NCBI GenBank assembly: GCA_036394495.1
Contig: DASWEZ010000084.1
Location: 1-40,803 of the forward strand
Direction: 5' to 3'
Source: Burkholderiales bacterium
GTDB taxonomy: Bacteria > Pseudomonadota > Gammaproteobacteria > Burkholderiales > JACQAP01
Length of the DNA stretch: 40,803 nt
This document shows, piece by piece, positions 1 to 8,184 of this stretch. Every line of letters starts with the position of its first letter. Position 1 is the first letter of the stretch. Under the pieces are notes generated by a model, which saw nothing but the letters and a program-made list of their open reading frames with translations, was not told the DNA's origin and did no database searches. A program made the translations under genes and the position numbers.

Positions 1-78
1 TAAGAGCGTGGATGCGCTCCTTGTGTGAAGCGCTGGTTAATCATCGTTCTGAAAAAACCGCAACTGCCGGGATCGGCA

Positions 79-939
79 TCACCTCGTAATTGGCGTGTTG
101 CCGATGTGGCTGAACGGCAGCGAAAGCGGGCCGAAGCGGGTATTGGCGTCCATCGAACCGGAAACCTTGTAGGCGATCTGGTTGCCCTTCAGCAGGTTTA
201 CGAGTCCGATGCCGACCGCGCGAGGCGAGAACGACAGCGGAATCTCCAGCGTCGTCGCCTGTCCCGCGGGAAGCGTAACGGGATTGGCCAGCTTGCTGCC
301 GCCGACTTCCTGTCCGCCGAGCGCAAAGCTGATGCCGAGTCTGGTCAGGTCGAGGGGGAACTGGTTGGTATTCTTCACCTGCAACTTCGCGGACGCCTTT
401 ATCTGGTCGAGGCCCAGCTTACCCATCGCGAGCGAACTCAGTTCGACTTGCGGAACGGCAGGCACCGGCAACTCCCCGCTTTTCGACAAGGGCACGTCTA
501 TCCTTCCCAACACCGGTACGTCCACGCCGATCCTGAAATCGGCGGTGTAAGGAACGATGGCGCCGGGCTTCACGCCTTTGAGCGCAGTGAACAGCGAGGA
601 AAACGGCACCGTGGCCGGAAGCTGGATCACCTGCTTGCCGCGCGCCGGTATCGAACCTGTCGGTGTCAGCGTGCCTTGCAGAAATTTATTGCCGCCGCTG
701 GACAGCGCATAACCGAGGTCGGTCAGAGGCAGGCTTGTGGCGTAGGGGTTCTCGACTTCGACATCGAACAGCAGGACAACGTTTTCCAGTGACAGCCCGC
801 GGATGCTGACGCCGATGACATGTGCTGTCGGCTTCGGTGCTCCGCCGATGAGGTCCTGCATCGACTGGCAGCCGGCGAGCAGCGCGATCAGGACGAAGCC
901 GAAACGGAAGAAAACGGTGGGGAATGAAGGCGGGCGCAT
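79..939 (-). CDS. Lipoprotein with two tandem LEA_2/WHy (LEA14-like) domains
   Basis: 286-aa ORF with ATG at 937-939. Signal peptide plus lipobox LLAGC. Two internally similar beta-rich halves (..DVEVENPYATSLPL.. and ..KLQVKNTNQFPLDL..) typical of the LEA_2 family. Family call from memory. Confidence 0.7.
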   Translation of the reverse strand: MRPPSFPTVFFRFGFVLIALLAGCQSMQDLIGGAPKPTAHVIGVSIRGLSLENVVLLFDVEVENPYATSLPLTDLGYALSSGGNKFLQGTLTPTGSIPARGKQVIQLPATVPFSSLFTALKGVKPGAIVPYTADFRIGVDVPVLGRIDVPLSKSGELPVPAVPQVELSSLAMGKLGLDQIKASAKLQVKNTNQFPLDLTRLGISFALGGQEVGGSKLANPVTLPAGQATTLEIPLSFSPRAVGIGLVNLLKGNQIAYKVSGSMDANTRFGPLSLPFSHIGNTPITR

Positions 940-991
940 GCGGGCAGGACGATGGTTTCCGCCATGCTAACGCATAATGGGCCCGCGATCG

Positions 992-1516
992 CTACTGGCT
1001 TTGCGTCGTGCCTGCCCGCTTTACGTATTGCTGATAAGCCGGAAGCGCAATCGCCGCAACGATGCCCACGATGAATACGAGCGGAAGGATCAGCGCGAGT
1101 ACGACGGCGCCGGTGCCGTTGGGAGGCGTCTGCAGACCGAACCGGTTCTCTCCATCCGTTCCCGGGATGAACCAGAAGATGAGGTTGACCAGGGGAACGA
1201 TCGCGAGGAGCGCCAGCCAGCCGCTGGCGTTGAAATCGTGAGCACGCTGGATGGTCAGGAGCATCATGACCACGAAGATCGCCACATAGGATGCGACGAC
1301 GACGGCTGCCGCCAGATCCGGCCCCGCGATCTTTCCCAAAACGGCGGACAGTATGCCCAATGCGAGCCCCATCAGCATGGTCATGCCCACCGAGTAGCCG
1401 ATGTATCGCACCCGGCCTATCCGGCCTTTGGCCGAGAACACTTTTATTTCACCGTATGCCGCGGGCGCGCCGGTGACTTTCGATCTGGGCGTGCTATAGG
1501 GATTCTGCGCTTCCAC
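992..1516 (-). CDS. DUF805 (YhaH-like) inner-membrane protein with a pilin-like C-terminal helix
   Basis: 174-aa ORF with GTG start at 1514-1516, preceded by AAGGAAGG on the minus strand. GRIGRVRYIGYS motif and 3-4 hydrophobic helices as in DUF805. The C-terminus IVGIVAAIALPAYQQYVKRA resembles the type IV pilin alpha-1 helix. Confidence 0.7.
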   Translation of the reverse strand: MEAQNPYSTPRSKVTGAPAAYGEIKVFSAKGRIGRVRYIGYSVGMTMLMGLALGILSAVLGKIAGPDLAAAVVVASYVAIFVVMMLLTIQRAHDFNASGWLALLAIVPLVNLIFWFIPGTDGENRFGLQTPPNGTGAVVLALILPLVFIVGIVAAIALPAYQQYVKRAGTTQSQ

Positions 1517-1673
1517 AATGCCTTCCTTTCTCTGCAGGGTAAAGGAAACTATCCGGCAAGAATGCCTGCAGCATAAGTGTGATGCCGCGAGGGTGGTAGT
1601 GCAAGGGGAAAGAGCGGTGAACAGTGAACTGCGAACAGTAATTGTCGATCTTCGGACGGAAGCGCAGCCTTAT

Positions 1674-1708
1674 CTACCGATCACCGATCACCGATCACCG
1701 ATCACGAG
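1674..1708. repeat. Tandem heptamer array (CTACCGA, TCACCGA x3, TCACGAG) overlapping the stop codon of the NHL gene
   Basis: Five contiguous 7-nt units read directly. A second short array, GTGAACA/GTGAACT/GCGAACA, lies at 1615-1639. The two arrays pair only weakly (CGGTGA/TCACCG). Confidence 0.85.
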
Positions 1709-2667
1709 CGAGTTCTGACGAGCTTGCGCAGCGTCTGCAGTCCCGGCGGAATTTCCTTGTTCGGGTAGATCTGCGGCCACGCGGTGTAGGAAACCTCGCC
1801 GACGTAGATGTCGCCATGGGAATCCACGGCCATGCCGTGGGGTGCGACGAACTGGTCGGGGCGGTCGTAGCCGGCATGCGCGGCGCCGAAGCGCGAAACC
1901 AGGTTGCCTTCATTGTCGACGATGCTGATGCGCGGCCCGAGGTTGGGGACTTCACGATTGACCGGCATGGTGGGTCCTATCTCGCCGATGTAGCACAATG
2001 GCTCCTTCTTCGCTTCCATGCACATGCCGCAGGGCCGGTGCAGGTTGTGCCACTCGGTTTCGTAGTTACCTTCTCCGTCGAACACCTGCACGCGATGGTT
2101 CTCGCGGTCGGCGACGTAGACCCAGCCATCGGGATCGCAGCAGACGTTGTGCGGGATGTTGAATTCGCCCGGACCCGTGCCGGCTTCACCCCACGACTTC
2201 AGTAGTTTGCCGTCGGGGGAATACTTGTGCACGCGCGAATTGCCGTAGCCATCGGAGATGTAGATATCGCCGCGCGGGGAAAGCGCGGTATGCGTGCAGC
2301 GGTGGAAAGGTTCGCCGCTCATGTAGGGCGACGGCTTGCCGGGAATGCCGATCGTCAGCAGTACATTGCCCTCCAGCGTGCACTTGCGCACGCTGTGGTC
2401 GCCGTCGTCGGTGCAGTACAGCGATTCATCCGGCCCGATGTGCAGGCCGTGCGCGCGATTGAACACGCCTTCACCCCAGGATCGCAGGAATTTTCCGTCG
2501 CGATCGAACACCATCATGGGATGCTCGCCGCGGTTGAAGACATAGACCCGGTCCTTGAGATCGACTGCCACTGCCGCTACGTCCCGGAACGACCAGCCGT
2601 CGGGCAGCTTCGCCCAGTCGGAGATGACTTCGTATTTGAATTTGCCGCTGCCGAGCGTTGTTGCCAT
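1702..2667 (-). CDS. NHL-repeat six-bladed beta-propeller; homologue of peptidyl-alpha-hydroxyglycine alpha-amidating lyase (PAL domain of PAM)
   Basis: 321-aa ORF with ATG at 2665-2667 and GAGGAG upstream. No signal peptide. The segment SDGYGNSRVHKYSPDGKLLKSWGE...PHNV...VADRENHRVQVF closely matches my memory of the animal PAL motif DGYCNSRIVQFSPSGKF..QWGE...PHSL...VADRENGRIQCF. Confidence 0.75.
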   Translation of the reverse strand: MATTLGSGKFKYEVISDWAKLPDGWSFRDVAAVAVDLKDRVYVFNRGEHPMMVFDRDGKFLRSWGEGVFNRAHGLHIGPDESLYCTDDGDHSVRKCTLEGNVLLTIGIPGKPSPYMSGEPFHRCTHTALSPRGDIYISDGYGNSRVHKYSPDGKLLKSWGEAGTGPGEFNIPHNVCCDPDGWVYVADRENHRVQVFDGEGNYETEWHNLHRPCGMCMEAKKEPLCYIGEIGPTMPVNREVPNLGPRISIVDNEGNLVSRFGAAHAGYDRPDQFVAPHGMAVDSHGDIYVGEVSYTAWPQIYPNKEIPPGLQTLRKLVRTRS

Positions 2668-2683
2668 GGCGTGCTCCTCTTGC

Positions 2684-2790
2684 CGTGAATATCGTGAATG
2701 TCGTAGATGCCGTTAAAGCATCATTCAGATTAACTAGACCTTAGAACGGCATTCACGTCTTCTTGCTTCACGACATTCACGACATTCACG
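2684..2790. repeat. Hairpin element with GTGAATRTC tandem-unit arms
   Basis: Left arm cgtgaatatcgtgaatgtcg (2684-2703); right arm cgacattcacgacattcacg (2771-2790); 19/20 complementary. Inner stem atgccgtt/aacggcat. The right arm contains the stop codon (2786-2788) of the DUF4387 gene. Confidence 0.85.
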
Positions 2791-3133
2791 GCATTCCGCG
2801 TAGCTGGGGTTTTAGCGAATCCGGAATTTCCAGCTCGAACGATAGCACTCTCGCCGACAGCGATTTTCCATAGTTATCCAGGCATAGACTGCGCGACACG
2901 CCGCCGCCAAGCGCGCCTTCGGCGACGAAGTTCAGAGCCTGCAATCCATCCACGTCGTAGCGCGTAACCTTTCCCGTAACGACGCCGGCGTAGTGCGCCT
3001 TGAATTTTTCGGCGGTCAGTTGTTCCTTGAGATAGGGATATAACGCGGGGGCGTAGGCGATCACCGAGATGTTCGATGTATTGCCCTTGTCGCCTGAGCG
3101 ACAGTGGGCGAGGTGTTGCAGCATTACTTTCAT
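2786..3133 (-). CDS. DUF4387 small protein (partner of AtuA/DUF1446)
   Basis: 115-aa ORF. The motif HCRSGDKGNTSNISVIAY is typical of DUF4387. It lies immediately downstream of a DUF1446 gene on the same strand. Confidence 0.7.
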   Translation of the reverse strand: MKVMLQHLAHCRSGDKGNTSNISVIAYAPALYPYLKEQLTAEKFKAHYAGVVTGKVTRYDVDGLQALNFVAEGALGGGVSRSLCLDNYGKSLSARVLSFELEIPDSLKPQLRGMP

Positions 3134-3179
3134 TGTCGTTTCCCGTTATCGAAGCGGCGTGCAATCAGAAATATATTAG

Positions 3180-3302
3180 CCGTGACGCGTGACGGTCGTG
3201 ACGGCGTGACCCTCCTTACCCCAACCCTCTCCCCCGGTGACGGGGGAGAGGGGGCTCTAGGTTCTTACCCCGTCACGTCGTCACGATCGTCACGCGTCAC
3301 GG
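3180..3302. repeat. Composite hairpin element: GTGACG-unit outer arms enclosing a CCCTCTCC/GGAGAGGG inner hairpin
   Basis: Outer arms 3180-3210 (ccgtgacgcgtgacggtcgtgacggcgtgac) and 3271-3302, about 29/32 complementary. Inner perfect 12-bp stem 3225-3236/3241-3252 with loop GTGA. Confidence 0.9.
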
Positions 3303-3309
3303 CCTTCCC

Positions 3310-4665
3310 TCAACTCACGAAGTAGTTGATGCTCGGAACCACCTTCTCCCTCGGAACGAGCGACGACCACACGCCAATGATTTCCCGCGTGCGGTCCTGG
3401 TGGGGCACGCGTTTTCCCGTCATGCCGATGCCTGACACCGCCATCCCATCAACTTCGCGGCCGACCTTGATTGCTTCTTCGCGTGTCTTCGTCCGTGCGG
3501 CCACGCGCACCGCTATCTCGTAAGGTTCCGGGGCATCCTTCGGCGTCATGGCGCCGTGGATGGCGTTCAGGCCGAGGAAATCGACGCGCACTTCTTCCGC
3601 GTCGAGTTTCACGACCTTGAAACGTTCCTCCAGGATTTTCTTCGCCAGTTGCGCGCGACGCAGAGCCCCCGGTCCGGCGTAGAAGAACATGTCTTCGCCG
3701 ATGAAGCCTTCAGTGCAGCCGATCGAAACCTTCAATGTCGGCGTGCGCGGCTTGCCGGTAATATTGGTGATGCGCACGCGGTCCGGTCCCATCTGTTCGA
3801 GCCTTGCGGTGGTGAAGTCGACGACGACGTCGGGGGTGATGTAGTTCGCCGGATCGTGGACCTCGTAGAGCATCTGCTCCTTGACTGTCATCAGGTTGAC
3901 CGCGCCGCCTGTACCCGACACCTTGGTCAGCACGGCGGAACCGTCTTCTTCGACCTCGACGATCGGGAAGGCCAGGTTCCACGGTTCCGGCACATCCTTG
4001 AAACCCGGATCAGAGAAATAGCCGCCGGTGACCTGCGCGCCGCATTCCATCAGGTGGCCGAGGCCGTTGCCGGGGCCGAGACGCGCATGATCCAGCGCGT
4101 CCCATCCGAACTCATACATCATCGGTGCCATGAAGATCGACGGATCGGCGACTCGGCCGGACACGACGATTTGCGCTCCCTGCTTCAGTGCCTCGACGAT
4201 CGGCTCCGCGCCGAGATAGACCTCGGCCGACACCAGGCTGTCGGTCAGCGACGAAGTCGATTTGCCGTTCTCGAGGATTTTGTCGGTAAGCTGCAGCACG
4301 CGATCGGTGATCAGGCTGCCGTTGACCGCCGCGACCTTGATGCCTTTTGCGCCCAGCTTCTTCAGCCAATAGACGATGCGTTCGGCCGCCGCGTCGGGAT
4401 TGATCCAGCCCTGGTTGGTCACGATTCTGGTGCCGCGCTTGATGCAACCCGGCAGTACGGCCTGCATGCGATCGTCGAGGTAGGTGTCGTAACCCGGAAA
4501 CGAAGGATCGCGGCGCTTGCGCACCTGGGCGGCGGAAATGGTCGCTTCCGCCATCGTTTCGAAACAGAGGTAATCGAGGTCGCCGCGCTCGGCGTTCCAT
4601 CTGGCCGGTTCGATGCGATCGCCCCACCATGCCGATCCGGCACCGACACGCACGATTTTTTTCAT
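3310..4665 (-). CDS. AtuA-family protein (DUF1446, acyclic terpene utilisation family; biochemical function unknown)
   Basis: 451-aa ORF with ATG at 4663-4665 and AGGAG upstream. The N-terminus KIVRVGAGSAWWGDRIEPA and the overall length are typical of DUF1446. Confidence 0.75.
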   Translation of the reverse strand: MKKIVRVGAGSAWWGDRIEPARWNAERGDLDYLCFETMAEATISAAQVRKRRDPSFPGYDTYLDDRMQAVLPGCIKRGTRIVTNQGWINPDAAAERIVYWLKKLGAKGIKVAAVNGSLITDRVLQLTDKILENGKSTSSLTDSLVSAEVYLGAEPIVEALKQGAQIVVSGRVADPSIFMAPMMYEFGWDALDHARLGPGNGLGHLMECGAQVTGGYFSDPGFKDVPEPWNLAFPIVEVEEDGSAVLTKVSGTGGAVNLMTVKEQMLYEVHDPANYITPDVVVDFTTARLEQMGPDRVRITNITGKPRTPTLKVSIGCTEGFIGEDMFFYAGPGALRRAQLAKKILEERFKVVKLDAEEVRVDFLGLNAIHGAMTPKDAPEPYEIAVRVAARTKTREEAIKVGREVDGMAVSGIGMTGKRVPHQDRTREIIGVWSSLVPREKVVPSINYFVS

Positions 4666-4972
4666 CGTGCCGCTCCTGCGTTGCTGCAGAACATCCTTCC
4701 TCCCGCTTTAGTTTTTCTCGAGTTTTTCTTGGTCTGCGTTCGCGCTCATTTTGGCGGCGGAATACTGGATTGTCGATGCCATTGCGTCAATTCGAACCGA
4801 TTCCGGGACCCGGAACCGGGTGTAATCGAATCGCTTAAGGCTTTGAAAGTTATGTCTAAGCCACTTTCAATGGATTCCACCGGTCAGAACGAATTCTTGA
4901 CAAAGAGGCTTCCGGGCAACGAACATTTCTTGAAAAACCGCCTTGAGCGGCCTTTATCCGGAGGAGGAATTC

Positions 4973-6160
4973 ATGCTGAAGTTGACCGCCGCGCGCGCCG
5001 CGCGTCTGCTGGTGTTGTCCTTTGCGTTCGCCGCGTCGGCTGCATCGGCACAATCCACGATTCGAATCGGATGGCTGTCGTCGCTGACCGGCCCGCTGTC
5101 CTCCGCGGCCATAGCGGAAAACCAGGGCGTGCAGTTCGCGGTCGACGAAATCAACGCGGCCGGCGGCGTCAACGGCCGTAAACTCGAACTCATCACCCGC
5201 GACACCAGCGGCGAGCCGACCAAGGCCGTGAACCTGGCCAAGCAACTCGCGTTCGTCGACAAGGTGGACTTCATCATCGGGCCAGTGAATTCCGGCGAGT
5301 CGCTCGCGACCGTGCCGATCGTCGCCAAGGCGGGCATCCCCAATCTCATTATCGGCACCATCGACGAACTGGTCGATGCGCAAAAATTTCCGCTCGCATT
5401 CCGCGCCATCAATACCAACAAGCAGTGGATCGAGGCGGCGAACGACTACGCGCTCAACGTCCTCAAGAGGAAAAAAATCGCGGTTATCGGCGATACCTCC
5501 GGTTACGGCACTGCCTCTTCGAAGGTCGCGCAGGATCTTCTCGACAAAGCCGGCGTGAAGCCGGTGTATGTGGCGCTGGTCGACCCGAACAAGACCGACC
5601 TGACCGACGAACTGAACAAGGCGAAGGCCGCCGGCGCCGACGTGATCATGCCGTGGTCGGCCGCGACGGGATTGCTCGCGCGCCTGTTCAACACCCGCGG
5701 CGATATGGGCTGGGACGTGCCGATCGTCGGCCATCCGGCAATGATGGCGCCGACGGTCAGGCCGCTGCTGAACAAACCCGAGTACTGGAAAAACGCCTTT
5801 GCGGCGGGCTACCTGAGCACGACGTACGACGCGAAGGGCAAGCTGCCGCCGCGGACCCAGGCGCTGATGGAAAAGATCCGGCCGAAACTCGGCAAAGGCG
5901 AGATCGACTTCATGTTCTGGTGGATCGCGCTCGGCTACGACACCGTGAAGATCGTGGAGCACGCCGTGAAAACCGCGGGCTCCACCGATGCCGCGGCGAT
6001 CGGCAAGGTGCTGGAAAACACCAGGGACTTTCAAGGCTCCTACGCGACTTACACATGGAGCAAGGAAAACCGCAACGGCTATCCGGATCATGCGATCGTG
6101 GTGAATGTGGCCGGCAGTTTTAAGGATGGAAGTTTCTTGGCCGCGCCCACCTCACCCTAA
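4973..6160 (+). CDS. ABC transporter periplasmic substrate-binding protein (LivJ/K-like, Peripla_BP_6)
   Basis: Start moved to ATG 4973, preceded by GGAGGAGG. Signal peptide MLKLTAARAARLLVLSFAFAASAASA. IRIGWLSSLTGP.. and GGVNGRKLELITRD motifs. Followed by liv-type permease and ATPase genes. Confidence 0.85.
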   Translation: MLKLTAARAARLLVLSFAFAASAASAQSTIRIGWLSSLTGPLSSAAIAENQGVQFAVDEINAAGGVNGRKLELITRDTSGEPTKAVNLAKQLAFVDKVDFIIGPVNSGESLATVPIVAKAGIPNLIIGTIDELVDAQKFPLAFRAINTNKQWIEAANDYALNVLKRKKIAVIGDTSGYGTASSKVAQDLLDKAGVKPVYVALVDPNKTDLTDELNKAKAAGADVIMPWSAATGLLARLFNTRGDMGWDVPIVGHPAMMAPTVRPLLNKPEYWKNAFAAGYLSTTYDAKGKLPPRTQALMEKIRPKLGKGEIDFMFWWIALGYDTVKIVEHAVKTAGSTDAAAIGKVLENTRDFQGSYATYTWSKENRNGYPDHAIVVNVAGSFKDGSFLAAPTSP

Positions 6161-6322
6161 CCCTCTCCCTCCGCCCGCGGGCGGAGAGGGAACTTGATTG
6201 TGGTTGCGGTCGGCACAATAGGCAGGTGTTTCTGATTGGCGGACCTCTATTCAGATGCATCCTTAAAACAGATTGCTTTTTTCGCTCCCTCTCCGCCGGG
6301 GGAGAGGGCCGGGGTGAGGTGG
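6147..6322. repeat. MITE-like element with 22-nt terminal inverted repeats (CCACCTCACCCTAACCCTCTCC / GGAGAGGGCCGGGGTGAGGTGG)
   Basis: The terminal repeats at 6147-6168 and 6301-6322 are 19/22 complementary. Each end also forms its own CCCTCTCC..GGAGAGGG hairpin. The left repeat contains the binding-protein stop codon (6158-6160); the right repeat abuts the livH ATG (6323). Confidence 0.85.
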
Positions 6323-7183
6323 ATGTTCGTTGCTCTTATCACAGGTTTGGCCACAGGGGCCTTATACGCCTCCGCGGCGCTCACATACAACGTGATGTTC
6401 TCGACCTCGAAGGTGTTGTCGGTGACCACCGGCCACATCTCGATGCTCGGCGGTATCTTCGGTGCGTGGTTCATTTCGACGCTGGGCTGGCCGATCCCGG
6501 TCGCGCTGTTGGGCTCGATGGTCGTCGGTGCATTATTCGGGCTGCTGACCGACCTGATCGCAATTCGCCGCGTGCTGGCGCGCAGCGACGAGCATCTGTG
6601 GCTGCTCTCCACCCTGGCGCTGGCCACCATGGTGCAGCAGGCCGCGGGGTTGTGGTGGGGCACCGAGCCAAAGCCGTTCCCGCGCCTGATACCGCAGGAT
6701 TTCTCGGCCGGACTGGGCGACCAGAAATACTGGCTGCCGATCGCCATCGCGATCCTGCTCGCCGTCGCGCTCGAAGTGTTCTACCGGCGCACGCTGTACG
6801 GCAAGCTGTTCGTGGCGATGTCGGAAGATGCTTTCGCCGCGCGCGCGCGCGGCATCCCGACCGGGCGCATCCGCTCGATGTCGTACGTGATCGCCGGCGC
6901 GATGGGCGGACTGGCCGGATTCGCGGCGGGACAGTTGACCTTCGCCTACTTCGCGCTCGGATTGACGCTGACCCTGAACGGTTTCATCGCGCTCGCCGTC
7001 GGCGGACTCGGCAGCAATGTCGGCGCGCTGGTCGGCGGCGCGGCGCTCGGCATCCTCAGCGCGGTGGCGACTTATTTCGTCGGCGGCGAGTATCAGCAGA
7101 CCATTTCGGTAGGGTTGCTGATGGTCGTATTGCTGCTCAAGCCGGCGGGCCTGTTCGGCAGCCAGAGCGTGCGGCCGGTATGA
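6323..7183 (+). CDS. livH: Branched-chain amino acid-type ABC permease (LivH family)
   Basis: Start trimmed to ATG 6323 because the longer ORF runs through the repeat element. 286 aa, multi-pass hydrophobic. The N-terminus aligns with the LivH pattern ..GL..G..YA..AL. Confidence 0.8.
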   Translation: MFVALITGLATGALYASAALTYNVMFSTSKVLSVTTGHISMLGGIFGAWFISTLGWPIPVALLGSMVVGALFGLLTDLIAIRRVLARSDEHLWLLSTLALATMVQQAAGLWWGTEPKPFPRLIPQDFSAGLGDQKYWLPIAIAILLAVALEVFYRRTLYGKLFVAMSEDAFAARARGIPTGRIRSMSYVIAGAMGGLAGFAAGQLTFAYFALGLTLTLNGFIALAVGGLGSNVGALVGGAALGILSAVATYFVGGEYQQTISVGLLMVVLLLKPAGLFGSQSVRPV

Positions 7184-8184
7184 AGTTTCCGAACAGGGCG
7201 GTGGCAATCCTGATCGTCATGGCCGCGTTGATCACGCTGCCATGGTGGTCCGGCGATCTTTACAAACTGCATCTCGCGGCGCTGATCTGTACTTACTGGG
7301 TGCTGATCGGCGGGTTGAACCTGGTCGTCGGCTATTCCGGCCAGTTGTCGATCGGCCACGTCGGACTGCTGGCGATCGGCGCCTATTGCTTCGCCATTCT
7401 GGCTGGCACGCACGGCATGCATCCGGCTTTCGCCATCGCCGCTTCCGGCGCGCTGTGCGCCTTGTGCGGACTGCTGCTCGGCCTGCCTTCGCTGCGACTG
7501 CCCGGATTCTATTTCGCGATGGCCACGCTGGCCTTTGCGTTGATCGTCACCGAGATCACGCTGGCGCAGGGCAACCTGACCGGTGGCGGCGTCGGTCTGC
7601 CGGTTCCGGGATTTCCGCCGCCTTTCGATACGCCGCGGGGCACTTACTGGCTGATCCTCGCCATCGCTGTTCTGGTGACCTGGCTCGCGTGGAACGTGGC
7701 GCGCCATACATGGGGGCGCGGACTGGTCGCAGTGCGCGACAGCGCCGTAACCGCGCAGGCAGTCGGGGTGCCGGTGTTCCGCGCGAAGCTCACGGTGTTC
7801 GTTTTCAGCGGTTTTACCGCCGGCGTGGCCGGCGCGTTGTTCGCCGTGCTGCAAAGTTACATCACGCCGGACACCTTCGTGTTCGACCTCGGCCTGTTCT
7901 TTTTCGTCTGCATCATCATCGGTGGCCGCGGGCACATCATCGGCCCGGCCATCGGTACCATCGTACTGACCGCGCTGCCGGAGATGGTCGCGCCGCTGGC
8001 GAAGCTGGGCAATTTTTTCTATGGGTTGTTGCTTCTTGCCGTGGTGCTGCTGGTGCCGGAAGGCATTGGCCGGGTCTTCGAAATCCTGATCGAGCACTTC
8101 CGGCCTCGCCGGGGCGAAAGCCATGTCGTGAAGCCCGACCTGGAGCGGCTCGCCAGGGCCATCGAGAACGGACAGTCGAAATGA
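7180..8184 (+). CDS. livM: Branched-chain amino acid-type ABC permease (LivM family)
   Basis: ATG 7180 overlaps the livH stop (ATGA). 334 aa, hydrophobic. GYSGQLSIGHVGLLAIGAY motif. Confidence 0.8.
   Translation: MKFPNRAVAILIVMAALITLPWWSGDLYKLHLAALICTYWVLIGGLNLVVGYSGQLSIGHVGLLAIGAYCFAILAGTHGMHPAFAIAASGALCALCGLLLGLPSLRLPGFYFAMATLAFALIVTEITLAQGNLTGGGVGLPVPGFPPPFDTPRGTYWLILAIAVLVTWLAWNVARHTWGRGLVAVRDSAVTAQAVGVPVFRAKLTVFVFSGFTAGVAGALFAVLQSYITPDTFVFDLGLFFFVCIIIGGRGHIIGPAIGTIVLTALPEMVAPLAKLGNFFYGLLLLAVVLLVPEGIGRVFEILIEHFRPRRGESHVVKPDLERLARAIENGQSK

Noticed and set aside
25-792. 255-aa ORF on the + strand
   Set aside because: It is antisense to the well-supported LEA_2 lipoprotein gene. The translation is Arg/Gly/Ala-rich and of low information, typical of shadow ORFs in GC-rich DNA.
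1674-1708. Heptamer tract as a phase-variation (frameshift) switch for the NHL gene
   Set aside because: The tract begins at the stop codon, and only the last two codons overlap it. Unit gain or loss would not shift the reading frame of the enzyme body. It fits better as a degenerate member of the repeat-element family.
4897-4925. Sigma-70 promoter call at TTGACA (4897-4902) upstream of the binding-protein gene
   Set aside because: The best -10 candidate at the correct spacing (CGAACA/GAACAT) is poor, which is not enough evidence to annotate a promoter.
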